Source: Amycolatopsis sp. (GTDB lineage Bacteria; Actinomycetota; Actinomycetes; Mycobacteriales; Pseudonocardiaceae). Taken from it: a DNA stretch of 64,000 nucleotides. Location: NCBI GenBank assembly GCA_035551175.1, contig DASZNR010000154.1:17194-81193 (forward strand), in the 5' to 3' direction. Positions 54,080 to 62,985 of the stretch are shown here, piece after piece. The notes under the pieces are model-generated. The model saw only the letters and a list, made by a program, of their open reading frames with translations, made no database searches and was not told where the DNA came from. The first letter of the stretch is position 1, and each line of letters starts with the position of its first letter. The position numbers and the translations under genes are program-made.

Positions 54080-55431
54080 CGGCCCCCCTGCTGGTTGAGG
54101 TGGATCTGCTGCTGAAGCTGGTCGAGGAAGTGCTGGAGGTTCACCGGCAGCCCGCCCGCGGTGCCCAGCCCGAACCCGACCTGGATCGCGATCGCGTGCC
54201 CGTTCGGGTCGAACAGCGACGAGGTCTTGTCCAGATTCGTCACCGCGCCGCCGATCTCCTGGTACATCGGAACGTCCGAAGTGGACTGGGCGTACTCGCC
54301 GGCGCCGTGGTACTTGCTGTACAGGAAGTCCTTGACCGGACCGTTCAGCCGGTCCAGCACCGGCCCGCGCACGTCGGAGAGAACCCCGGTCGCGTCGCGG
54401 CTGACCGGGACGAGCTGATTCACCAGCGGTCCCGCGTCGGCGAGAAGAGCATTGGTCTGCCGGACGAACGGCTCTGTCTTCGCGAGGACCGGGTCAAGGC
54501 GCGTGAGCGCGGCGGACAACTGCTTGACGGTCGGCCGCGCGACGTCCGAAGTGTCACGCAGCTTGCCGAGGCTGGTGTCGAGCCGGTTCAGTCCCGCGTC
54601 GGCGGAGCGCAGCGTCGCGGGCAGATCCCGGACTGTCGCGGCGATTTCACTGCTCTCCTCGCCCAGGGTGGAGCTGACCTTCGCCAGGTTCGAGACTGTC
54701 GAATCGAGCTGTCCCTGATGCTCGGACAACCTCGCGGACGCGGATTCCAGACCGGTGACCAAGTTCGGCAAGTCAGTGCCGGGGTGCTGGCCGCGCGCCG
54801 CGTCGAGCACGTTCCCCGCCGGTTCGAGAACGTCCGGGGCGTCCGCCAGGAGCTGGTCGATCGCCTGCCGCCCGCCGCCGCGCAACGTCTCGTCCGTCTT
54901 GCCGACCGTGTGCTGCAGCCCGGCCAAAGCGTCCGGCTGCACCGTGTTGGCCACCTGGTCGAGTTCCACCGGAAGCTGCGTCCGCTCCACCGGGATGCCG
55001 GAATCGGCCAGCTCGCCCGGAGCACCGCCCGGCTGGAGATCGACGAAGTAGTTGCCGCCCAGCAGAGTGGTCGGGCGGATCGCCGCGCTCGGCTTGGACC
55101 GCAGTTTCGCCAGCGTTCCCTTGTCCAGCTTGAGCGAAACCACCGCGCTGCCGTCGGTCTGCTCGTCCACCCCGGTGACCGTGCCGACCGGCGCGAACCC
55201 GACCTTGACCTGGGATTGGTAAGGCTGCAACCGATAGTTCCGGGCGAAGTGCGCGGTGATCGTGTCGCCGGGCGACAGCGTCGTGACGATCTGGGATTTC
55301 GCGAACAGGCCGATGCCGACCAGCAGAATCAGCACCACGAAGAGGCTGCCCAGCTTGACCGGGGAGATCCGCCGGCGAACGCCGTCCGGGCGGGCGCCGC
55401 CGAACAGCCTGCGAAGCGTCGACTCGGTCAT
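54076..55431 (-). CDS. mceD: MCE-family substrate-binding protein (fourth)
   Basis: ATG 55431 overlaps the mceC stop. It has a TM (LGSLFVVLILLVGIGLF), an MCE domain and a helical repeat region. Confidence 0.85.
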   Translation of the reverse strand: MTESTLRRLFGGARPDGVRRRISPVKLGSLFVVLILLVGIGLFAKSQIVTTLSPGDTITAHFARNYRLQPYQSQVKVGFAPVGTVTGVDEQTDGSAVVSLKLDKGTLAKLRSKPSAAIRPTTLLGGNYFVDLQPGGAPGELADSGIPVERTQLPVELDQVANTVQPDALAGLQHTVGKTDETLRGGGRQAIDQLLADAPDVLEPAGNVLDAARGQHPGTDLPNLVTGLESASARLSEHQGQLDSTVSNLAKVSSTLGEESSEIAATVRDLPATLRSADAGLNRLDTSLGKLRDTSDVARPTVKQLSAALTRLDPVLAKTEPFVRQTNALLADAGPLVNQLVPVSRDATGVLSDVRGPVLDRLNGPVKDFLYSKYHGAGEYAQSTSDVPMYQEIGGAVTNLDKTSSLFDPNGHAIAIQVGFGLGTAGGLPVNLQHFLDQLQQQIHLNQQGGR

Positions 55432-56726
55432 TGGCCCGCTCCTGTCGTCCCGGCCGCCGAACCGCGACGCTGCCCGCCAGCCGTCCCTGGCGGGGCATAG
55501 GGGTCACGAGCTGCGGTCGGATCCTTGAGCCCGACCAGACCGGTCACCGATTCGGTGTCGATCGGGGTGTAGATCCGGAGGAAATGCCCTGCCGCGTCGC
55601 CGTATTTCATGGCGTCGGCGAAATCGGAGAAGAACTCGGAGATCTCCGGCGAATAGGGGGCGATCTGCTCCAGCGGCTTCCGTGCCGTGGTGACCGCGGA
55701 CGTCAGCAGCGGGGCCAGCGGCCGCGCGTCGGCCAGCGTGCCGGTCAAGGCGCCGACCGCCGGTTGCGCCTGATCCGCCACGCCGGGAACCCGTTGCAAC
55801 GGCGGAATGCTCTCGCGCAGCACGCCGCGGACGTCCGGAGTCGCCTTGCCGAGCGCGTTCGCACCCGGCCGCAACGCGGTCACCGCCGCCTCCGTGTCGG
55901 ACAACGGACCGTGCAGGTCCCGCAACGCGCCACGGACCTTCTCCAGCGTGCCCGGCGCCCGATCCATCGTGTCGCTCAGCGGCTTTCCGTTGTCCGCGTC
56001 CAGTGCGCGCAAGGTGGTGTCCAGCCGTCCGGCCAGTTCGCCGAGTTGCTGCTGCCTTCCGGAGAAGCCCCCGGCGAAATGGTTGGCGACCTGCAGCAGG
56101 CGAGTCAGGTCCTGTCCGGACCCCGCGCTCAGCGCCCGCGAAACCGTGCCGAGGTCGGGCACGATCGCGGGCAGCGCACCCGCCGCGTCGGAAAAGTCCT
56201 TCACGTGTCCGGCCGCGCCGCCGCCGACCTCGCGGACGGTCGAGCCGAGCGCCTGCCGGGTGGGTGCGTCAAGCACCGCCAGCACGTCCGAAAGCTCTTG
56301 TGCCCCGACTGTTTTGGTCGCCGGAATCACCGCGGCCGAGTCGAGTTTGCCCGCTTTCGGATCCCCGGGATTCAGGTCGACGTACTTCTGGCCCAGCGCG
56401 GACCTCGCCCCGACGGACGCGGTCACCGCCGACGCGTCCCGGAAGACCTGCCGATCGTCGTCGAGCCGCATGGTGACCCGCGGCTTCCCGTCGACCAGAT
56501 CGATCGCGCTCACCTGGCCCACCCGCACGTTCGCGATCCGGACGTCGTCGCCCGCCCGCAGCGCGCCGACGTCGTCGAACGTGGCGCGCACTACCGTCCC
56601 GGAGGCGCCGGGCAGTCCCGAACTCGCGGTGAGCGCGAGGTAGAGCGCGCCGCCGAACACGACGGCGATCGCCCCGCCCAGCAGCATGGCCCGCCGCCGC
56701 GCCCACTTCCCGCTTCCAGTGGCCAT
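55428..56726 (-). CDS. mceC: MCE-family substrate-binding protein (third)
   Basis: ATG 56726. It has a TM followed by an MCE domain (VRIANVRVGQV). Confidence 0.85.
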   Translation of the reverse strand: MATGSGKWARRRAMLLGGAIAVVFGGALYLALTASSGLPGASGTVVRATFDDVGALRAGDDVRIANVRVGQVSAIDLVDGKPRVTMRLDDDRQVFRDASAVTASVGARSALGQKYVDLNPGDPKAGKLDSAAVIPATKTVGAQELSDVLAVLDAPTRQALGSTVREVGGGAAGHVKDFSDAAGALPAIVPDLGTVSRALSAGSGQDLTRLLQVANHFAGGFSGRQQQLGELAGRLDTTLRALDADNGKPLSDTMDRAPGTLEKVRGALRDLHGPLSDTEAAVTALRPGANALGKATPDVRGVLRESIPPLQRVPGVADQAQPAVGALTGTLADARPLAPLLTSAVTTARKPLEQIAPYSPEISEFFSDFADAMKYGDAAGHFLRIYTPIDTESVTGLVGLKDPTAARDPYAPPGTAGGQRRGSAAGTTGAGQ

Positions 56727-56729
56727 CAG

Positions 56730-58103
56730 TCAGTTCCCTCCGAGCAGGAATTGCAGTGCACCGTTTTCCTGGCCCTGCGACATTCCGGTGACGCTCCCGT
56801 CTGGGCCGGTCTTCGGAGCCAGCAGCCCGCCGAGCGGCGCGGGGGCCGCAGCCGGAGGCTTGCCCGCGGCCGGTGCCTGCCCGGTGGGCGCGGGGGCGGC
56901 AGTTTGCGGCTGCCCCGCCAGCGACGGCAGGAGGCCGGTCGCGATTCGCGGGTCGACGACGAACAGCGCCCGGAAGTAGTGGGAAAGGCCGTCGCTGCCG
57001 TTGGTGCTCAACGCCCAGCCGCGGACGAAGTTCATGACGTCGCCGATGTTGTTCGCCAGCTCGGCCGTGACCGGCTTGAGCGCGGCCGCGTCCGCCCGCA
57101 GCGGAGGGCTTGCCTTCAGCAGTTCCTGGGTGACCGGCCTCGCCGCGTCGAGCAGCGCCTGTGCCTTGTCGAGCACCGGCTGCGCATGCGTCAGCGCCGG
57201 GTCGGCGCTTTCGGTGAACCGGGTGATCTCGTCGCTGATCGCCTGGAGGTTCCCGGTGACCGGCCGGATGTCGGCGAGCACCGGGGTCGCGGCGCCGGCC
57301 GTCCCGGCGAGCTGCGACAACGTCGAGCGCGCTTGGGCCAGAGTCGCGGGCAGCTGGGCGAGCGTCTGCTGCACCTGCTGTTGCTTGCCCGCTGTCGTGG
57401 CGAGAAGGTTGTGAGTCGACTCGACCAAGGAGTCCAGCGTCTGGCCGTTGTCCCGCGCGAGCGACTGCGCGACCGGCTCGACGTTGTCCACCAATTGGTT
57501 CAGCGTCGTGTTCTGCTCGTTGAGCACCTTGGCGAGCCCGCTCGCGTCGGTCATCGCCGGTGCCAACGCCTTGATCGTGTCCGCGACGTGGGTGCCATTG
57601 CCTTGCATGCCCTGGCCCAGCATGGTGACCAGAGCCGCGAGCGCATCGCCGGTGTTCTGGTCGAACACGTTGAGCACCTGGTCGAGGTCGGTGTTCTGAG
57701 TCGTGTGCGCGAGGGGGATCACTCCGCCCGGGCGCAGCACCGGAGCCGCGGGCGTGCCGCGGCCGAGGTCGAGAAAGCGCTCGCCGAGAAGGCTTACCGG
57801 GCGGACCGCCGCGGTGGCGTCGACGTGCAGCGGCAGGGCTCGTTCGTCCACCGTGAACGTGACGGCCGCGTGACCGTCCACAACGGACATCGCGGTCACC
57901 GTTCCGACGGCCACCCCGTCCACTTTGACGTCGTTGCCCACCAGCAGCGGACTGGCGTCGGCGAACTGCGCGACGACAGTCTGCGGCTCGTGATGCCCCG
58001 CGGCCTCCGCGCCCAGCACCGACCAGCCGAGGCCCACCGCTGCGACCACGACGACGCTGAGCAGCCGCAACCGGCGTGCCGCCCAAGACCCGATCCGCTT
58101 CAT
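56730..58103 (-). CDS. mceB: MCE-family substrate-binding protein (second), with Pro/Ala-rich C-terminal tail
   Basis: ATG 58103 overlaps the mceA stop (ATGA). It has a TM followed by an MCE domain (VKVDGVAVGTV). The track ORF to 59369 is an artefact. Confidence 0.85.
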   Translation of the reverse strand: MKRIGSWAARRLRLLSVVVVAAVGLGWSVLGAEAAGHHEPQTVVAQFADASPLLVGNDVKVDGVAVGTVTAMSVVDGHAAVTFTVDERALPLHVDATAAVRPVSLLGERFLDLGRGTPAAPVLRPGGVIPLAHTTQNTDLDQVLNVFDQNTGDALAALVTMLGQGMQGNGTHVADTIKALAPAMTDASGLAKVLNEQNTTLNQLVDNVEPVAQSLARDNGQTLDSLVESTHNLLATTAGKQQQVQQTLAQLPATLAQARSTLSQLAGTAGAATPVLADIRPVTGNLQAISDEITRFTESADPALTHAQPVLDKAQALLDAARPVTQELLKASPPLRADAAALKPVTAELANNIGDVMNFVRGWALSTNGSDGLSHYFRALFVVDPRIATGLLPSLAGQPQTAAPAPTGQAPAAGKPPAAAPAPLGGLLAPKTGPDGSVTGMSQGQENGALQFLLGGN

Positions 58104-59332
58104 CGCACTCCACTCCCCCACGCGTCTTTCCACGGCTGGTTGGCGTTCGCGCCGGGCAGCGGATACGGCTCGTTCTGGGTTCCCGGCGGCAGCACCCCCG
58201 GGTTGTCCGCGAACGTCGTGGCGCCCTCTTGCAGATAGAACCGGACGAAGTGGCCGTTCGCGTCGTAGTTGCCGCCGTTGGACGACCATTCCGAAACCCA
58301 GCCGGCGAGTTCCGGGGTGAACGGCCGCAGGTAATTCAGCACCGGGCCGAGGTAGCTGGCCGTGCCCGCGACCCCGGGCACCGTCTGGTGCGCGACGTCG
58401 AGCAAGCCCGGCGTGGCGTCGAGCAACTGGTTCGCTCCGGCCAAGGTCGGGGCCAGTTTGTCCAGCAGTGGCGGGATCTGCTGCAGCACCGGCGAAAGCT
58501 TCCTCGCCACCGACGGCAGCTGTTGCGTCGCCGGTTGGAGGTCTTGCAGCAGCGGAACCGCCTTGTCCGCGGTCGCCGGCACAGTGCCGAGCACCCGGTT
58601 GGCAGTGTCCAAAGTCCCCGGAAGCTGTTTGAGCGTGCTCGCCAGCTGCTGCCGCTGTTGAACCGTCAGCGCCGTCGTCTTCGACAGCGAGTCGATGATC
58701 GCGCGCACGTCTCCGTCGTGTTTGGACAGTGTCCCGACCATCGAGTTGACCTGGGTGACGAGATCGCGCACAGCGGGGCCGTCCCGCCCGATCCCGCTCA
58801 GCACCTGTCCGAGGGACGACAGCGCGGGACCGGCGGCACGCAAGGTGTCGCTGGCGTTCCGCTCGTTCCCGTGCACGGTCTGGTCGAGCTGGTTCACCAA
58901 CGACGAGAGGTGCTCGCGCGTCGGCTTGTCCAGCGCGGCCAGCACGTCGTCGAGGTTCGTCGGAGCGATTTGCGAGCCGGGGAGCATCCCGCCGTCCGGG
59001 ATCGCCGCGTTGGCGGGCGCGCCGTCCTTGATTTCGACCCACCGCTCCCCCAGCAGGGCTTTCCACTCCACGGTCACCTTCGCGCCGTCGTGCAGCGGGG
59101 CGCTCTTTTCGTCGAGCGCGAGCCGCAGCATCGCTTTCCCGTCCTGGACCGAGATCGACTCGACCTTCCCGGCCGGAAAGCCGTTCATGGTGACCTCGCC
59201 GCCCTCGTGCAGGTTCGTCGCCGAAGCCAGCACGACGCCCACTCGGTAGACCCGGCTGTCCACGGCCCAGACGAGGCCCGCGGCCACCAGGACGGCGACC
59301 GCGATCACTCCAGCAAGCACTCCTCTGCGCAC
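58100..59332 (-). CDS. mceA: MCE-family substrate-binding protein (first)
   Basis: GTG 59332. It has a TM (VLAGVIAVAVLVAAGLV) followed by an MCE domain (VTMNGFPAGKV). Confidence 0.85.
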   Translation of the reverse strand: MRRGVLAGVIAVAVLVAAGLVWAVDSRVYRVGVVLASATNLHEGGEVTMNGFPAGKVESISVQDGKAMLRLALDEKSAPLHDGAKVTVEWKALLGERWVEIKDGAPANAAIPDGGMLPGSQIAPTNLDDVLAALDKPTREHLSSLVNQLDQTVHGNERNASDTLRAAGPALSSLGQVLSGIGRDGPAVRDLVTQVNSMVGTLSKHDGDVRAIIDSLSKTTALTVQQRQQLASTLKQLPGTLDTANRVLGTVPATADKAVPLLQDLQPATQQLPSVARKLSPVLQQIPPLLDKLAPTLAGANQLLDATPGLLDVAHQTVPGVAGTASYLGPVLNYLRPFTPELAGWVSEWSSNGGNYDANGHFVRFYLQEGATTFADNPGVLPPGTQNEPYPLPGANANQPWKDAWGSGVR

Positions 59333-59337
59333 CGGAA

Positions 59338-60189
59338 TCAGTCCATTCCCAGCGGCCCCGCGGAATCACCCGCGAGGAACTGCCGGACGAACGGGTCCTG
59401 CGACGCGAACGCCTCCTCGGCCTCGCCGTAGTGCACCACTTTGCCCTTCCAGATCAAGCCCACGTAGTCGCTGACTTTGCGCGCGCTGCGAATGTCGTGG
59501 GTCACCACGAGATAGGTGCCCTTGTGCCGCTCGTGCATCTGCAGGATGAGATCGCACAACAGGCTGGTGCGCACCGGATCCAGCCCGGAATCCGGCTCGT
59601 CGAACAACACGATCTCCGGGTTCATCACCAGCGCCCGCGCGAAGCCGGCGCGCTTGCGCATCCCGCCGGAGATCTCGCTCGGGTGTTTGGTCAGCGCTGC
59701 TTCGAGGCCCACCTCGATCAGCCGCTCCATGACGATGTTCTCGATCTCGGCCTCGGGCAGATCGGTGTGCTTGCGCAACGGGAACGCGACATTGTCGTAA
59801 ATGTTCATCGAGCCGAACAGCGCGCCGTCCTGGAACAGCACCCCGAACCGCTTCCGCAGTTCGTAGCGCTCGTGCTCGCTTATCCGCCAGATGTCCTTGC
59901 CGAAGATCAGCACCTCGCCGTCGTCCGGTTCGAGCAGTCCGACCAGATGCTTGATGAGCACGCTCTTGCCGGTGCCCGAAGGGCCGAGGACAGTCGTGAT
60001 CGCGTCGTTGGCGAACTCCAGATTGAGCCCGTTGAGCACGTGGAAATCGCCGAACGCCTTGTGCACGTCGCGCACCTGCATCGTGTGCGCGGGCCTTCCG
60101 ACCGCCGGGGCGACGCTCCCGAACGGAACCGTCGGGTCCGGATCGGACACCGCCCGCGCGGCGGGGATCTTCGCGCTTCCGGAATTCAC
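59338..60189 (-). CDS. mceG: ABC-transporter ATPase (MceG/Mkl/MlaF-like)
   Basis: GTG 60189 is preceded by GAGGAGG (alternative ATG 60081). It has Walker A GPSGTGKS, signature ISGGMRKR and Walker B VLFDEPDSGLD. Confidence 0.88.
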   Translation of the reverse strand: MNSGSAKIPAARAVSDPDPTVPFGSVAPAVGRPAHTMQVRDVHKAFGDFHVLNGLNLEFANDAITTVLGPSGTGKSVLIKHLVGLLEPDDGEVLIFGKDIWRISEHERYELRKRFGVLFQDGALFGSMNIYDNVAFPLRKHTDLPEAEIENIVMERLIEVGLEAALTKHPSEISGGMRKRAGFARALVMNPEIVLFDEPDSGLDPVRTSLLCDLILQMHERHKGTYLVVTHDIRSARKVSDYVGLIWKGKVVHYGEAEEAFASQDPFVRQFLAGDSAGPLGMD

Positions 60190-60236
60190 CGGACCTCCTC
60201 TTCGTCGGCACAGCTGGGGGTTTCGGGGACGGGCGG

Positions 60237-61100
60237 CTAATTCGCGATCGGCGCGTTCGGGCTGAGCCCCCAGAACAACTGGGTGCCGAGCAATCCGACG
60301 ACGTGGATCAGCACCATGGACAGCATCATGGATTTCGCGGTGTTCTTGCCGACGCCGACCGGCCCGCCGCCCGCGGTGTAGCCGTAATAGCAGCCGACGA
60401 ACACCACGACGGTGCCCATCGCCAGCGCCTTCGCCAAGGAGTACAAGAAGTCCAGCGGATTCTGGAACAGCCAGAAGGTGTACAGATAGCCGCCGGAGGA
60501 GACCCCGCTCAGCTGGACGACCGTGACCAGGTACATCGACAGGTACATCAGGCCGAGCCCGACCGTGAACAGCAACGGCATGGCGATCCAGGTGGCCACG
60601 ATCCGGGTGCCCACGAGGTAGCTGCGCGACCGGATCCCCATCACCTCCATCGCGTCGATCTCCTCCGCGATGCGCATCGACCCGATCTCCGCGACCAGGC
60701 CACAGCCGACCTTCGCCGCGAAGATGTAGCCCCACATGTACGGAGCCATTTCCCGGGTTCCGCAATAGGTGTTGAAGATCCCGCTGTAGATCGGCGCGCC
60801 GATCTGCTTGAGCGTGTAGCTCGCTTCCAGCCCGCACACCGAGCCCATCACGAACTGCATCATCCAGATGATCAGGCCGCTGGACAGGATGAGAATGCCC
60901 GCCTGGTGGAAGATTTCCGAGAAATAGCGGCGAACCTGCGGCAGCGCGCGGGCGGTCTGCCCGGAGAACCGGGCGATCTCTCCGCCGGTGGCGAGCGCCT
61001 CGCGCATTTTCGCGCCGATGTTCGCCGCAGAAATGTGGACGTCAGGCGGTTTCGGCGCGCGCGACACGCGTGCCGGAGGGAGGTCTTCGTCGATCGACAT
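60237..61100 (-). CDS. yrbEB: MlaE/YrbE-family permease
   Basis: 287 aa, polytopic, with the conserved EEIDAMEVMG motif. Confidence 0.88.
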   Translation of the reverse strand: MSIDEDLPPARVSRAPKPPDVHISAANIGAKMREALATGGEIARFSGQTARALPQVRRYFSEIFHQAGILILSSGLIIWMMQFVMGSVCGLEASYTLKQIGAPIYSGIFNTYCGTREMAPYMWGYIFAAKVGCGLVAEIGSMRIAEEIDAMEVMGIRSRSYLVGTRIVATWIAMPLLFTVGLGLMYLSMYLVTVVQLSGVSSGGYLYTFWLFQNPLDFLYSLAKALAMGTVVVFVGCYYGYTAGGGPVGVGKNTAKSMMLSMVLIHVVGLLGTQLFWGLSPNAPIAN

Positions 61101-61109
61101 GCGCCGGCC

Positions 61110-61946
61110 TTACTTGTAGACCTGCATCTGCGGGTTGAGCCCGAGCAGGATGGTCGTGAAGACGTAATCGATGATCCAGATGGCGGCGAACGCGCTCACC
61201 ACCGCCTGGTTGACCGCGCGGCCGACCCCGATCGGGCCGCCCTTCACATGGATGCCCTTGTAGCAGCACACGACGCCGATGATGAAACCGAACACGGTCG
61301 TCTTGGCCACGCTGCCCCAGATGTCGATGGTCGTCGCGTTGTCGAAGAAGCTGGCGAAGAAGCTCGCCTGGTTCGCCCCGAAGACCACCACCCCGGCGAG
61401 ATAGCCGCCGACGACGCCGAAGACCAGCGCCACCAGGTCCATCAGCCCGGTCATGAAGGTGACCGCCAAGACCCGGGGCAGCACCAGATCCCGGATCGGG
61501 TCGACGCCGAGCACTTCCATCGCGTCGATCTCTTCCCGGATCCGCCGGGCCCCGAGGTCCGCGGTCATGGCGGTGCCGACCACCCCGGCCACCACCATCG
61601 CGTTGATCCACGGCGCGAACTCGCGCACGCTCGCCATGATGAAGAACGAGCCCAGCCGCTCCGGAATGCCGAACAGCAGGAAGATGTTGCCGCCCTGCAA
61701 GCCCGGCGCGCCCAGGCCGAACGCCGTCGTGGACACGGCCATCGGAAGCCAGCACAGCCGGAGGATGCCGAACATCTGGTCGCGCACCGAACCCCAATAG
61801 CCGACCGGATGCCGCACCGCCGACCGCACCACCTCGCCCGCGAGCTGCACCATCTCGCCGGCTTCCGCCAGCGGGGAACCAGTCTTGGCGAGGAACCCGC
61901 CGCCGAGCGGCTTCCGTTTCGGCTTCGCAGCCGCTGGCGCGGTCAT
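61110..61946 (-). CDS. yrbEA: MlaE/YrbE-family permease
   Basis: ATG 61946 overlaps the upstream stop (ATGA). 278 aa with the EEIDAMEVLG motif. Confidence 0.88.
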   Translation of the reverse strand: MTAPAAAKPKRKPLGGGFLAKTGSPLAEAGEMVQLAGEVVRSAVRHPVGYWGSVRDQMFGILRLCWLPMAVSTTAFGLGAPGLQGGNIFLLFGIPERLGSFFIMASVREFAPWINAMVVAGVVGTAMTADLGARRIREEIDAMEVLGVDPIRDLVLPRVLAVTFMTGLMDLVALVFGVVGGYLAGVVVFGANQASFFASFFDNATTIDIWGSVAKTTVFGFIIGVVCCYKGIHVKGGPIGVGRAVNQAVVSAFAAIWIIDYVFTTILLGLNPQMQVYK

Positions 61947-62341
61947 GTCCGCTCCCTTCGCCGGGCTCCGGCGAAGCCCGCCGCCGCGCCCACCGCGAGC
62001 GCGACCGCGGCGGTCAGCCCGATCCAGCCGAGCCCGGCGGCTCCGCCTCCGCCCGCGAGGACCAGGGGCAGAACGAGGAGATACGAACTGACCGCAGCCA
62101 CTATGCCTTGCACCACCGGGTGTTCGCTGCCGCCGACCCGCACGCCCCCGACGGCGAATGCCGCCACCGCCACCGCCGACAGCCAGCAAGGCCCGATGAC
62201 GGGGAGCCGTCCGGCCAGCGGCGCCAGCAAACCGCCGAGCACCAGCACCGTGAATCCCCGGGAGCAGCCGCGAATCAGCGCCTCGGCGTCGATCCCGCCC
62301 CAGAGCGCGAGACCGGTCCGGTCGCGGTGAGCTGAACTCAT
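61943..62341 (-). CDS. hypothetical polytopic membrane protein (132 aa, ~4 TM)
   Basis: ATG 62341 is preceded by AAAGGAAAC. The protein is Gly/Ala/Leu/Val-rich with hydrophobic segments. I see no zf-HC2 (HxxxCxxC) anti-sigma motif. Its stop overlaps the yrbEA start. Confidence 0.6.
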   Translation of the reverse strand: MSSAHRDRTGLALWGGIDAEALIRGCSRGFTVLVLGGLLAPLAGRLPVIGPCWLSAVAVAAFAVGGVRVGGSEHPVVQGIVAAVSSYLLVLPLVLAGGGGAAGLGWIGLTAAVALAVGAAAGFAGARRRERT

Positions 62342-62358
62342 CGTCCGTTTCCTTTCTG

Positions 62359-62985
62359 TCACGCCGAGACCTCCTCCGGCGCGAGCAGTTCGGCGAGATT
62401 GCGCGTCGCGCGCAACTGCAGCTGCCGCAACGCGGTCCGGCTGCGGCCCAGTGCGAGTGCTGTCTCCGCAACCGAACGACCCTCGAGAAATCGCAGGTAC
62501 AGACACTCCCGCTGGGCCGGGGCGAGTTGTGCCAGCCTGGTCCAGACCACGTCCCGGGCCAGCCGCCGCAGCACCAGATCTTCCGCGCTCGGTTCGGCCG
62601 GGCCGGTGTCGTCGGGCGCGCTCACCGGTGTCACCGAGCGCTGGTACCGGGACTTCGCGTGGTCGAAGACCATATTCCGGCCGATCGTGAACAGCCAGGC
62701 GCGGAACTTTCCTTTCTGGAACCGCACCCCGTCCAGCGATCGAAGCATCCGCACGAACACTTCGCTGGTCAGGTCGTCCGCGAGGTCAGGACTCGCCACC
62801 TTCGACCGGATGAAGCGCCGCACCGCGCCGACGTGCGCGCGGTAAAGCGCCGCCACCGACTCGATATCGCCGCGCCGCGCCGATTCGAGCAGCGCCCAGG
62901 ACTCCTCGTCGGGGAAGAAGTCCCGCTCCCGCAGCGGATCAGAATCGGATGACGCCGCGGATGTTGCGGCCGGCGAGGAGATCAT
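62359..62985 (-). CDS. ECF-type sigma-70 family RNA polymerase sigma factor
   Basis: Region 2 is ARRGDIESVAALYRAHVGAVRRFI...DDLTSEVFVRM. Region 4 HTH is SVAETALALGRSRTALRQLQLRA. ATG 62985 is the only plausible start and lies 47 nt inside the upstream ADH gene. Confidence 0.85.
   Translation of the reverse strand: MISSPAATSAASSDSDPLRERDFFPDEESWALLESARRGDIESVAALYRAHVGAVRRFIRSKVASPDLADDLTSEVFVRMLRSLDGVRFQKGKFRAWLFTIGRNMVFDHAKSRYQRSVTPVSAPDDTGPAEPSAEDLVLRRLARDVVWTRLAQLAPAQRECLYLRFLEGRSVAETALALGRSRTALRQLQLRATRNLAELLAPEEVSA

Noticed and set aside
56733-56930. Pro/Ala/Gly-rich low-complexity C-terminal tail of the second Mce protein.
   Set aside because: Such tails are a common feature of actinobacterial Mce proteins. 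It is not a separate feature or a repeat element.
61943-62341. Annotating the 132-aa membrane protein as the cognate anti-sigma factor.
   Set aside because: It has no zf-HC2 or other anti-sigma motif and no obvious cytoplasmic sigma-binding domain. I kept it as a hypothetical membrane protein and raised the anti-sigma idea only as a hypothesis.
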